From Octopus sinensis (taxonomy: Eukaryota): a stretch of 64,000 nt of DNA. Shown piece by piece: positions 36,986-50,751 of this stretch; positions within the stretch are counted from its first letter, which is position 1; each line of letters begins with the position of its first letter. The stretch covers positions 24,738,001-24,802,000 of the forward strand of contig NC_043010.1 in assembly GCF_006345805.1 (NCBI RefSeq). Reading direction: 5' to 3'. Both the position numbers and the translations under genes were made by a program. The notes under the pieces were generated by a model. The model was not told the origin of the DNA, made no database searches, and saw only the letters and a program-made list of their open reading frames with translations.

Positions 36986-38198
36986 GGCTAAGGTGAATTT
37001 TCTAGGCCAAGATCGTTGGTTTTTAATATTACAGACACACGGGCTGAGGGCATTATACAGCAATAATCGATCAGTATCAAAACAATTTCGGTTTAAGAAA
37101 TATGAACGAACTTCGCAGAATCTTCGCAAATCATCAATTTACAGTGAATGGATGTGTTTGATTTCGAAAGAACGGGAGAAACCCAGAGAATTTTGATGAC
37201 TTGATATGATGAACTTGGCATGTAAAAGTCATATGTGGGTTGACCTACTGTTTTATAGAAGCAATATGAAGATTCTAAATTGAATAAATAAAAATATACC
37301 TGATTAATTTCTTAATTTTAAACCGAGGCAACTTTTGTTAGTATTTCAACTAATAACAAATAAATCATTCTTTTTCTAAGTCGTTTATTATAATAACAAT
37401 GGAAACGACCATGAAAGGAGATGAAAGGATGGGAAAGATTCTTTAAAAACAGGCATCCGATGTTTGTAGTTATGGATCTCTTTTGTTCTGTACATCTGTC
37501 CCTCGAATTACAAATGGCTTCCAAGGAAACAAATAATGGTCCCACTTATTACCACTATCCTATCAGAAAACCTTTCACTCGTCTTCAGACACTGAAATGA
37601 GCCAATAAGAACAGACAGCTGTCCGTAGATTTTAAAGTAACAAATGATGAGCGTTCAAGATTTATGAAGCGAGAAAATTTGGTATTGAGACAGAAAATCA
37701 AAAATAACAAAAAAATTAATCGAAATGATCTCGAGGTAAAAATAAACAAGTTCCAGAGTTTCAGAAAACTCGTGAAAATGTCATGAATGCAATAAAAAAA
37801 AGAGGCTAAATTACGGACATTGATGAAACATCATTCTTTTTCGACTTCGTCAACAACGGAACGGTCTATGTAAAGACAAAAAAAAAAGCAATATGAAAAG
37901 CATTTTGCGGTAGCAATTGGCGTGCACAGCAGACGACTGGAAATTGATTCCGTTGGTTATTTTTTAACGTTAAACAACAATAAAAAGAAGAGACTTTTTT
38001 TTTAAAAACTGTATTTGACTTCAAAACATTGAGAAAACGTGTTGCTGGTTTCTACGATTAGCTGATTGTTGATTTATTTATATAAAATGGCGAATCTAAT
38101 CATTTTTTTTTAATTAAAAATCCGTCTTAAAAACTTTTTAAGGACAATTCATACATGACTGGAAAAACAGCCAAGATAACTTTCAAAAGGCTAAAATC

Positions 38199-39397
38199 TA
38201 GTGTGTATGTGTGTGCTTGTGTGGAGGGCAAATGCATACACACACATACACACATAGCTACAGGTACACAAGCAATTATCCGGTACATTTGGTTCCTGAT
38301 ACGTACCAGATTATACGTTATGCAGGATTAACAAAAGGTGTGTAACAATGATAATGTAGGAAAAATTGCAAGAAAGCTGCCGACGCTTTATTATTAACTT
38401 CGCAAATAAACCTAAATGTCACACCGTTTACTCATTATTATTCATTAGAAAAATGTTATAAAGACGAGAATAACCGCCCAACCTTTTTTTTTCTGTAATA
38501 ATATGAAAGTATAAATAATTAAAACAAAATTTACTGTCATGCGCTAACCTCCTGAACACTTCCATTCGTTCATCAGACTCTCATTTGAAAGATAATTATG
38601 CAGGTCTTATATTTATATTTCTCTCTTTCAAACCAGGATAATCAATTCTCCGTAGTGAGAACTTATTTTCCAAAGAAAGAAATGATTAGGAGCTCAGCAA
38701 ATAGTATCAAATTTAGCTTTCAATACTTGCATGGTAATATTGTAATAGTTTGGAAGATGGCGACCTGGCAGAATCGTTGACATGCCGAATAAAATGCTTA
38801 GCGGCATTTTGTCCGTCTTTAGGTTCTGAGTTCAAATTCTGCCGAGGTCGACTTTGCCTTTCATCTCTCTCCTGGTCGATAGAATAAGTACCAGTGGAGC
38901 ACTGGGGTCAATGTAATCTATTCATCCCCTCCCCTAAATTTCTGGCCTTGTGCCAAAATTTAAAACCAATGTTATTATAGTTAGGATATATCCTAACTAT
39001 AATAACATAACACATACACACACATACATATACACACATACATACACACATGTATATATCCGACTTTGATCTCAGCCATTTTTTAGTTCCAGCTCAATCT
39101 TGGTCTGATCCTGATCTTTTCTCTCTCTTTCGTCTCGTCTTGGCTTTTTCTCGCTCTCGATTTTATTTTTTTTTTTTGGTTTGGTATCGGTGTCTGGTCT
39201 CTTTGCATGACATCAGTAGAAACTCCCTGGCTATTTGCGACACCAGTGTTTTCTTTATAAATAGAAGCAAAAGCTTTCGATAGTGTCGACCATCAATACT
39301 TGGTGGCCGTTCACACGGCGGACGGTTTCGGTCCCGTTTTTCGTGATTGGATCGCTGCAACATACAGCTACATTTTCTCGGTAGTTCGGGTGAATGG
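38199..39397. repeat. Inverted segmental duplication, arm 2 (partner 25345-26338); includes a SINE family 2 copy at 38757-38970
   Basis: Reverse-complement match, with extra segments at about 38546-38580 and 38890-39085. Confidence 0.92.
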
Positions 39398-39648
39398 CTC
39401 TTCTTTCACCACTTAAACATCTTTCGAAATTTGATCAACAACTTCCACAAGTGACCTAAGGCTTATCCCGGTCACCCAAATTCATTCTGTAGAAGCGTCT
39501 GTAACTGATCCAGTATTTAGCACCTTCCACGATTTTATGTGATACATTCTTTGTTCCAGCATAGTATCCGCACACATAATAGAAATATTCTGGTGAATTG
39601 TTGCATCTTCTTGTAGCCATGGTCAAAACAAATTATGTTCACGATATA

Positions 39649-40034
39649 GGTGGAGTGGCTATGTGGTAAGTAGCTTGCTTACCAACCACATGGTTCCGGG
39701 TTCAGTCCCACTGCGTGGCATCTTGGGCAAGTGTCTTCTACTATAGCCTCGGGCCGACCAAAGCCTTGTGAACAGATTTGGTAGAGGAAAAGTCCATCGT
39801 ATATATGTATATATAAATGTATGTGTGTGTATATGTTTGTGTGTGTATATGTTTGTGTGTCTGTGTTTGTCCCCCCAACATCACTTGACAACCGATGGTG
39901 TTGTGTTTATGTCCTCGTAACTTAGCGGTTCGGCAAAAGAGACCTATAGAATAAGTACTAGGCTTACAAAGAATAAGTCCAGCATAGCCGCAGTCAAATG
40001 ACTGAAACAGGTAAAAGAGTAAAAGCGTAAAAGA
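39649..40034 (+). mobile_element. SINE family 1, near full length
   Basis: Head, short TA/TG spacer, and tail ending gtaaaagagtaaaag. Confidence 0.9.
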
Positions 40035-40674
40035 TAGAGCTGAAAGAGGAACAATATTAGTACTATGACCCTTAATGAACAGTCTATTTACTACACAAGA
40101 AGGGAGCCCATCAATTTTATCTGGCAGAAATGAAATTGATATACCTTCTGAGTGCCATGAAAATTGGAGTAGCTTTCCACTGGTCATTCATTAAAGACCT
40201 ATATTAAACCAAAAACATGGTTTTCCCTAGCTAGGTACAAATAAGTAGGTGGTCCTTCTCCTAAGAGTTACATTTATTAATAATTAGCGTAATTTGATAT
40301 ATCTCAGCAACGGTCGGTGGCAGAGAGAAAGTAATATCATTTTCGGAATCGGTGCGAAAATTTGCATAAATTTGCACTTAAAAAATTAGGATAAACAAAA
40401 CTTTTGCAAAATTTTGTAACATAGTATATAATAAATTGGTCGAAATTATCGTCTCGTTTCTTTGTGTTATCGTATGTATTTGAATGCGTTGCGTAATGAT
40501 CCTTTGACAGCACCCGCCTAATTATCGTATTTAAAAATTGCATGTAAACGTAGTGTAGTACCGTATACACACACTCTCTCACACACACACAACACACACA
40601 CACACACACACACCACACACACCACCACACACACACACACACCACCACACACACACACACACACACACAACACC

Positions 40675-40706
<32 letters not shown>

Positions 40707-41937
40707 ATATAAATAGATGAGTGTATTTTACCTTGTTAACAATTAACACGGATAAATGAATGAATAGTTACCAGGGCAGCAAAAATCTCACAAGTAAAGA
40801 TGTTGTAACTCCTTGTTTATAAAGGTTGAAACTTCGTATTTACGTTGAATATTTGAATAATATGAATAAAAAATGGAGTTAACGCAGGTTTAAACAAGTA
40901 TTTTTACTTTCTACATATGTTTCAAAAATTCCACTGATACTTATTCAAAAATATATATATTGTTACGAAACCTGCCGTCGCTCAAACTTCGAACCCGGGA
41001 CCCTACCAAGTCGAGCGACGACGATTGACCGGCTCACAGAGAGAAAACTGGGGGGGGGGCTACGGCACCGAACTCGAACCGCCGACCGGAAATAACAACA
41101 ACAACAACAGCAGGAAGAGATACACGGCGGAAGGCGATTACTTGCATTTAAGAACAATTTATAACAATTATTACAACATCAAATACAATGTGAAACATAA
41201 CAGATACATTAAAGAAAATAACATGCAACAGGATTAACAAGAAAACAACAAAATCAAAGCATTTAAACATAACACGTCGTTCGGAAACAATCAAACATTT
41301 CACGATACACTAAGTCCGGAGACAAACAGTTCAATGTTCTACATTAAAGTCTTTCTCTTTCTTTCCTTTTCAACAACTCTTTTCACAATGTTCTTTACAA
41401 TCTCATTTCTTTTCTTCCTCTTTTCCTTCTTTCTTTTTTTTTGACACATCCATTCTTTTTTTAGTTCAACAATTCTTTTTCTTTCTTTAACACATCAAAA
41501 GTCAACAACAAAAACAAACATAAACATTACCGTTACATTTTCTAGTTATAAACTCCTACTATAATAGCCGTGCCTTTCCGCCGTAATCTCTCTCTTTCGC
41601 TCTACATGTTCCCAATGCTATCTGTCTGTCTTTCTCAACGTTGTCGCTGCCTCTCCCATCACCATCCTCGCATCGACTACTGCCCTGTTGCCATCTCACT
41701 CTCTCAGACAGAACTCCCAGACTGCACTGTCTCCGGCCGAACTGCCCAAACAAACCCAGCGCGTCGCATTTTAAAGGGTGGTTTCTTAACCTTTCCCTGA
41801 CCGGAAAAGGGTCAAAGGTCTCTTCTAATGCCATCAATTTCTCTAGAAACCGACAGGACAAAGGCTTTGTCCGTCTGCTTGGCGCCAAATTACAAAACCA
41901 GGCCACAAGCACTCTGTTTCTCAACTGACCTCCATAT

Positions 41938-41988
<51 letters not shown>

Positions 41989-41991
<3 letters not shown>

Positions 41992-42163
41992 AATCCAAAC
42001 ATGAAAACACAACAACGCGAGGACGTAGAACAAGTATAGTGTTATTGGACGCACAGGAAAGGAAAGAAAGAAGGAGGATTTAACGTTTCGAGCGGACTCT
42101 TCGTCAGAGACATAGAAAAAGGAAAGATTCAAGGAAGGGAAGACGGAGAAAGAAAATTGCCAA

Positions 42164-42164
<1 letters not shown>
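41989..42164 (-). mobile_element. ~176-bp short element with a hammerhead motif, inserted in (TA)n
   Basis: Minus strand reads CTGACGA-A-GAG-TCCG-CTC-GAAA-CG-TT-AAAT (core at 42101-42107); (TA)n on both sides. Confidence 0.8.
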
Positions 42165-42244
<80 letters not shown>

Positions 42245-42636
42245 CATACATACATACACACATACAAAACACACTGTGAAATTGGGAAATTGGGCTTCTC
42301 AGAACCAGAAGGGAGAAAGCTGATTCGAAGACTACAGATCCAATCCATCACTGGAATTGTAAAAATCTGTAAAACCTTCCAAAAGTTTATCATTTAAGAA
42401 TAATTAAGCATTCTAGACATGCAACTGTATGCACAAGAATACATACATAAAACATATAAATCTATACATACATGCATACATACATACAGACCTGATATAA
42501 TGATTTAGGATAGAGAAGAGAAACTGTGCACAGTTGTGGAAATTAGCTGCCCAACGGATGTTAACACAAAGCTGAAGATCAGTGAAAAAAAAAGAACACC
42601 TATGCTGAACTATTCAGAAATCTGTATCACTGGAAC

Positions 42637-42902
42637 TCTCTTTACTCTTACTCTTTAATCTTTTACTCGTTTCAGTCATTTGACTGCGGCCATGCTGGGG
42701 CGCCGCCATTAGTCGAGCAAATCGACCCCAGGACTTATTCTTTGTAAGCCTAGTACTTATTCTATCGGTCTCTTTTGCCCGCTAAGTTACGGGGGACGTA
42801 AACACACCAGCATCGGTTGTCAAGCGATGTTGGGGGAACAAACACAGACACACAAACACACACAGACAGACACACACATACACACAGACACACACATACA
42901 CA

Positions 42903-42944
<42 letters not shown>

Positions 42945-42958
42945 ACACACATATATAT

Positions 42959-43021
<63 letters not shown>

Positions 43022-43160
43022 GACGGGCTTCTTTCAGTTTCGGTCTGTCAAATTCACTCACAAGGCTTTGGTCGGCCCGAGGCTATAGTAGAAGACACTT
43101 GCCCAAGATGCCACGCAGTGAGACCGAACCTGGAACCATGTGGTTGGTAAGCAAGCTACT
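42637..43160 (-). mobile_element. SINE family 1 with an expanded internal microsatellite
   Basis: Tail 42637-42850, (CA)/(TA)n, head 43020-43160. Confidence 0.88.
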
Positions 43161-43499
43161 TTATTTCATTTTATTTGCCATAAAAGCAGTATACAGAGAA
43201 GCCGCGGGCTGGACAAGACATTAATGATGCGAATGATAATAATACAAGATGATAAAAATGGGAGAAGACAGTAAGCGCCCGCCGACACCCTGCTTTTCTA
43301 AAACATTGTTCATTAAAAACAACATATTTAGAGGTATTAAACCTCTTACAAATATATACAAAATTTGGACTAGAAGTCCATCACAATGGAAACAAAATTT
43401 ACACATATGGAGGCGATAACCCTCTTACATTACTCCCTCAATTAACTTTTCTGCGGCCTGCAGGTATTCCTGCAACCACCAATCGGAGCCAAAAAAAGT

Positions 43500-43505
43500 C
43501 ATCTG

Positions 43506-43574
<69 letters not shown>

Positions 43575-43599
43575 CTGTCTGTCTGTCTGTCTGTCTGTG

Positions 43600-43650
<51 letters not shown>

Positions 43651-43724
43651 CTATCTAATTCCATCAACAGATCTATAAATAAATGGATACATACATGCTT
43701 AAATACAAACTTCATGCGCACATG
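43500..43724. repeat. (TCTA)/(TCTG)/(TC)n tract plus a 70-bp sequence inverted-duplicated at 46818-46887
   Basis: 43655-43724 is the exact reverse complement of 46818-46887. Confidence 0.9.
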
Positions 43725-45430
43725 ACCTGTGGAAAAAATCTTTTCTTTCCACCTGCGAAGGCCACTCTGGACTATCAATAAAAATCGGATCCATCAGAAC
43801 CCGACTATCAAGATTATTTGCCACATACTCCTCAATCGCCCCTCCCTTGCGATAGAGGAATACAAATTCTTCATCACTTTCATTGAGAGAGACCTCAATT
43901 ACCTCGCTCGGTGGCACACCTCCAACCGACAAGGCTTCCTTCTTCTCCCCATCCGGTGGCACACATCCCACCGAAGGGATTTCGGGACATGCCGTTGCCG
44001 GCAATGCCTCGTTTTTCTTTTTCTTCTTTCTTTTCCCCTTTGCGACGGGAGGATGGAGTTCCTCCGACATGTCCGGAGGTCCCTCCTTCCCTCCCGCCAC
44101 CTCCGGGACCACGGCGGGCAACCATTGTTTCCCACCTTCTTTTTCTTAGTACCTTTTCTCGAGGAGGTTACCTCCTCCTCGACTTTCTCCCTCTCTCCCT
44201 CCAATAAAGGAGTAGGAGTCTCCGTTGGGGGAACAGTGGGTTTACAGTCATCAATCAACTGTTCCACGATCTTCGCCTGGTCCCTGCAACAGTTCTTCTT
44301 CATGTGCCCTGATTCTAGGCACAGGTGACACTTGGTAGGGCGTCCCTCGATGATTTCCGGGTGTCTGGATCCGGCCATTGTTAAGAAATCTGGTAAAACC
44401 AGATCTTCGGCCGATTGGGCCCATAGGGTCAAAATTGCTTTTGACCCGACCCAATCGACCGCAGGCAGTATTTTTACAGTCAAGAGCCTGGCAGGGCTAC
44501 CACCCAGGCCTAGACGGATAGAATCTTCTATCCATACAGCCTCTATACTGGGCGGTAGCCCACATACCCAGGCTCTTGTCAATTTACGCCCAACATAAGT
44601 GGGGAGAAACAAGATTTTCCTCCATCTGTAGGTTGGCTCACAAATTTCTGAGCCTCCGTAGGGGTGTCGAAAAGCACGCACTCCGTTGCGTACTTTGCAC
44701 CCCCTACAGATGAACCTATAAGTTGACTCAAATCCCGCCAACTCTTCTTCAATTTCTGAGGGAATACACAGATGGTGTCGCGGTCCTTGCAATAGGTCCG
44801 CAACAACACCGTTCTCTCATCATAGTTTTTTAACCACTCCTTGGGGGCCACAATTCGCCAATCTGAGGCTTTCTTACATTTGGTTGCCATTAATAAAATA
44901 AACTAAAATATAAAAGTCCACAACAAAATCAAAAATGTTCAAATAAAAGTCTCTAATGCAAACACAAAAAAGAACAGAAAGACAGACAAGAGAAAAGGAA
45001 CGAAGGAAGACAGTTCAAATGACAACAAAATTCAATTCTGGTAATCCTTTGTAACACAGTTAAAAATCTCTTGCAGCACTAAAATAGCAGCAAAAAATTC
45101 CTGCTTGTACTCCAAATGGTAAATTTCTGGTTGTACTCCAATTGGTAAAATCCCCGAAGTGCACACAGTCACATAAAATCATAAATTTTCGGAGGGAATA
45201 CACCCCCTCAAAACAAAACACAATTCTCACTACACAGTGAGTCTTTTTGCACGACCACAGACAGGCAAATAACCCAGTGGAGACCCTTGCTCGTCAAAAA
45301 TTATTAATTACCAACCAACGGACTCCACTGAGCTCCCCAAAAAAACAAACGCCTTACCTGTAGTCGTTCTTCAGGTTTTCAATATTTCTACATAGAACGA
45401 CGTGACTTCGGAGCGTATAAAAACGCGAAC
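43725..45430 (-). mobile_element. 5' part of a LINE: 5' UTR plus frameshifted ORF1 with a CCHC zinc knuckle (L1/Tx1-like)
   Basis: ORF1 starts at 44890 (MATKCKKASDW...KNYDERTVLLRTY) and continues in another frame to GRPTKCHLCLESGHMKKNC. No ORF2 follows. Confidence 0.75.
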
Positions 45431-45589
45431 TCTTCTGTTGTGAAGTAAGTAATCTACTTACCACTCAGCCACTCATACGCCTGTAAAAATCTGTAAAACT
45501 TTCCAGAAGTTTATCATTTAAGTATACATGAGCATATCTAGATATGAGAATACGTGCATAAAGCAAAACATGCAAATCTGCACACATTG

Positions 45590-46092
45590 ATACATACATA
45601 CATACAAACATGCATGCATGCATCCATGCATCCATGCATACATACATACATACATACAAGCATGCATACATACATACATGCATACATACATACATGCGTA
45701 CGTACGTACATACATGCATACGTACATACATGCATGCATGCATACATACATACATACATACATACATACATACATACATACATACATACATACATACATA
45801 CATACATACATACATACATACATACATACATACATACATACATACATACATACATACATACATACATACATACATACATACATACTACATACATACATAC
45901 ATACATACATACATACATACATCATACATACATACATACATACATACATACATACATACATACATACATACATACATACATACATACATACATACATACA
46001 TACATACATACATACATACATACATACATACATACATACATACATACATACATACATACATACATACATACATACATACATACATACATACA
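45590..46092. repeat. Long (TACA)n microsatellite
   Basis: Direct reading. Confidence 0.97.
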
Positions 46093-46098
46093 TTGTAA

Positions 46099-46425
46099 AA
46101 GAGCACTCCGTCGATTGCGACGATGAGGGTCCCAGCTGATACGATCATCGGACCAGCTTGCTCGTGAAATTAACGTGCAAGTGGCTGAGCACTCCACAGA
46201 CACGTGTACCCTTACCGTAGTTCTCAAGGAGATTCAGCCTGACACAAAGTGTGACAAGGCTGGCTCCTTTGAAATACAGGTACTACTCATTTTTTTACCA
46301 GCTGAGTGCAGTGGAGCAATGTGAACTAAAGTGTCTTGCTCAAAGACAGAACGAGTCACCGGTAATTGAACTCACAACCTTAGGATCGTAAGCCGAATAC
46401 CCTAACCACTAAGCCACGCGCCTTC
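46099..46425 (-). mobile_element. SINE with family 4 head (46268-46425) and family 3 tail (46099-46267)
   Basis: Head gcgcgtggcttagtggttagggtattcggc... joined to tail ...cacgtgtctgtggagtgctcagccacttgcacgttaatttcacgagc...cgacggagtgc. Confidence 0.75.
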
Positions 46426-46883
46426 ATACATACATACATATTACACGCAACATTTAAATGAAAAAGCATGACATGTCAATACTGTTCGTTCTGGTTCTTC
46501 ATTTTTAACGTGATCTCAAGCACACATGATACAATCTCCCTTGTCGCGGGTTCGCGTCGAACTTCATTACTGTGTCAGGTATCTGAAGGATACGCATGCA
46601 CAAAAAAAAGTAAATAAGGAAACTCTTTGGCCAATCCAGGAACATCATTACACATAAACAGATAGAATTGGTTCAGTTTTCAAATAAATTAATATTAGAG
46701 AGATGCTGTCATCTCGATATAGCTTGAAATAGAATGAGGACTCTAAAATATAGTCAAGTGAAGTGTTAGAATGTTTGAACAGCTCAATACTCAACTGCAT
46801 CGTTGAGTTTACGTTTACATGTGCGCATGAAGTTTGTATTTAAGCATGTATGTATCCATTTATTTATAGATCTGTTGATGGAA

Positions 46884-47960
<1,077 letters not shown>

Positions 47961-48642
47961 ATACATATATAGACACACCCACCTGCAGGTACGCCCGCCC
48001 GCGCGCACAAACTTTAGCGTGGATCCAACCATAACCATTTTACAAATGATTCTTTTGTTTCCGAAATGACATCAAATACATTGACTCATCTTGTTCTCTC
48101 TGAATGATCACAATACCTGTAGGCGGCTTCTTTTTGATTAATTCTTTCGAGAACACAATATTACAAGTATGGTGCCGTTAGATGTTCTCACATAATTCGG
48201 TCTTTAAGAAACAAAACAAAGAGAATGTTCTAGAGAGCCAATCAGGTGTGGTCTTCTTGAGCCGAAACCTACGTAAAACAGCAAAAGGAAGAAAAAAAGT
48301 ACAACCGTAATATCGACAAGGTTTTTTTTTATTTTATATCATTCTTTTCTTTCTGCAAACAATTAACATAAATTTATTGTTTAATCCAGTTACGGAGGAA
48401 GTCAGATTTCAAAAATTAAATAATTGTTGTAGTTGTTATTGTTTGTTTTTAATTAACAACAAAACATTAAATGTTGTGCATTATTTTTATAATTTAGCAT
48501 GGCATATTGTTGAAAGCAAATGTGGGACTCTAGTTCAAATTTCGAGTGAAAATGATTATCATTGTGACAAGGACTCAACAATGAACGTTCTCAGTGTGCA
48601 GCTTCGGTGAGATTTCGAAAACTTTAAAGAATAATACCAAAG

Positions 48643-48762
48643 ATGTTGAGGCACAAACATTTAACATTGCAGTTAGCAACCTTTCTTCTAATGGCGGGGT
48701 TTGCAACGTCAAACATAGAATATGGAGACAGTTTGCAAACAAAAACAAAAAGCATTTGTGAA
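48643..48762 (+). CDS. Gene B coding exon 1: signal peptide (MLRHKHLTLQLATFLLMAGFATSNIEYGDSLQTKTKSICE)
   Basis: ATG at 48643 and consensus donor GAA|GTAAGT (phase 0). It is 120 nt and 40 codons like gene A exon 1, and ends KSICE. Not listed in the ORF track. Confidence 0.88.
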
Positions 48763-48798
48763 GTAAGTACATTTTAGTGATTTGATTGATATTATTAC

Positions 48799-48856
<58 letters not shown>

Positions 48857-48869
48857 TTGGTTTGGCTCA

Positions 48870-49110
48870 GGTTTAGTCTTATTCGTGGTAGGATTTATGT
48901 GGGTAGCGGGTTACTGCCTGTAACCTAAGGTATCAACAAGTGCTTAGAACTTTGCTGATAATCTACGCTATCCTTAAGAGGCAAACTTTCTGTGGGAGCT
49001 CTACAGGGCTTTCTATTCCAGCCTACTTCAGCCATTTGTCTATATCTTGGCTTACTATTCCCAACACACCAATTATTATAGGCACAACCTTTACTGTCCT
49101 CATGCTCCAA
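48870..49110 (-). mobile_element. R4/Dong-like LINE 3' tip next to (TTA)n
   Basis: The minus strand gives degenerate IIGVLG....RYRQMAEVGW..K..ELLQKVCLLRIA.IISKVL-type C-terminal similarity. Confidence 0.55.
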
Positions 49111-49258
49111 ATTCTCCCTATTTCAAATTTTAAGGGATTGCATTCTTTTATTTTGTTTTTGTTTTTCTTTCTATTTCTTTACGATCCTGGAATCAAACGA
49201 GCAAGATGGGTTGATAAGTAAGCAACTTCGCTTTTCCTTTATTATTATCATTATTATT

Positions 49259-49460
49259 ATTCAGTAGTCTTGTTTTTATCACGTGCTTTCACGGCACTAC
49301 CGAGCGCAGCTCTGTGTGCCTTGGGTATGTGCCGTGGTTTGTTGAGATGCTCTTATTTTTACTGTATTGAAAGTGTTTTGCGTAGGGCTTCTTTCAGTTT
49401 CTATCTTCCAAATCTACTCACAAGGTTTTCGTCGGCCCGAGGCTATAATAGAAGCTTGCC
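49259..49460 (-). mobile_element. Dong family A 3' tip (49259-49386) joined to a SINE family 1 head fragment
   Basis: ttcagtagt...accgagcgcagctctgtgtgccttgggtatgtg matches 50752, 53031 and 53836. Confidence 0.75.
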
Positions 49461-49582
49461 CAAGCAACCATGCAGACACTCACGCTGGATTGTCCATGAA
49501 ATTGTTAAACAACAGGACGTAAATTTTTTTTAAATATTTGCATTTTCGTAATTTTATCTTTTTTCTTTCCCCCTTTTCTCAG

Positions 49583-49871
49583 ATATTCTCCAACCAAACT
49601 TTGTTACAAAGGAACGTCTCTATAATATACTCAAATAAAATGAATAACTTGACAGTATATTTTCAAATGAAAAACCCAGCAAGGTTCAGTGTAGATTTAT
49701 ACATCTGTCCTCGATCCGACAACCATAGAGCGGCAACACATGAGTGTCTGTCAAAAAGGAAACTGGAACAAATATTAGTGAGCTCCAACTCTTCAACAGT
49801 GATGGTCCTTGCGAAAATTCCGAAGGATCTCAGCTGTTCATATTGTGTGTTACAGTGGATCCTGACACAAT
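49583..49871 (+). CDS. Gene B coding exon 2: AA15 LPMO-like domain core, without copper histidines
   Basis: Acceptor tttccccttttctcag|ATA (phase 0) and donor CAAT|GTAAGT (phase 1); 289 nt. Translation IFSNQT...YICPRSDNHRAATHECL...IPKDLSCSYCVLQWILTQ. Confidence 0.9.
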
Positions 49872-49944
49872 GTAAGTTCCTGTTGTATTTTCACTATTTG
49901 TCTTGTCTTCGGCTCCTGTAGTCGATAAAGAAATTATTATAATA

Positions 49945-50006
<62 letters not shown>

Positions 50007-50075
50007 TAATATTATTATTACTATTATTATTATTAGTACTATTAATATTATTATTACTATTATTATTATTAGTAC

Positions 50076-50106
<31 letters not shown>

Positions 50107-50161
50107 TATTATTATTACTATTATTATTATTATTATTACTATTGTTGTTGTTGTTGTTGTT

Positions 50162-50630
50162 GAGCAAGAGAGCAGCGCATGCCATCAAAGTGACACGAGT
50201 ACAAATATACAAAACCCAGTATATCAATTATGACTACCCGTCTGATAAGGATACACTAGGCACATGCATCACAACCATATGTGCGTAACATGGTGATCTC
50301 ATATCAAGATAAACAGCACAGGACCTTGCAGGTGGGGCCCAGTTAGAATTTTCTTCTGGTCGAGTGACCCATCCCGCTCAAAAGGTCCCTTGTTTAAGGA
50401 TGTTGAACGAAACACCCATATTTCCGGGGGTGAACTATTCAAACCCCAAAGAATCCCTCTCAACACATGGCTACTTCTGTTCGTGATCGGAGATGCACAT
50501 ATCGTCAGCCACTAAGGAACATGCTCGACTGGTTAAGGTCAAACAACTGACAAGCAAATCTGTGGTATTGAGCAGAATATTTGCTGTCGCCCATCTTTTA
50601 TACCAAGACAAAATGTACTTCCAATCAGTT
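50162..50630. mobile_element. ~555-bp (TTA)n-flanked element, copy 3 (partial)
   Basis: Homologous to 16996-17553. Confidence 0.85.
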
Positions 50631-50643
50631 ATTATTATTATTA

Positions 50644-50695
<52 letters not shown>

Positions 50696-50751
50696 CATTA
50701 TTATCAATATTGTTATTATTATTATTATTATTAATATCATTATTATTATTA

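Noticed and set aside
37480-37530. tacatctgtccctcga (YICP-like) resembling gene B exon 2, as a possible third paralog
   Set aside because: Only about 15 bp match; the flanks do not align, and there are no CxxC or QW motifs or splice sites.
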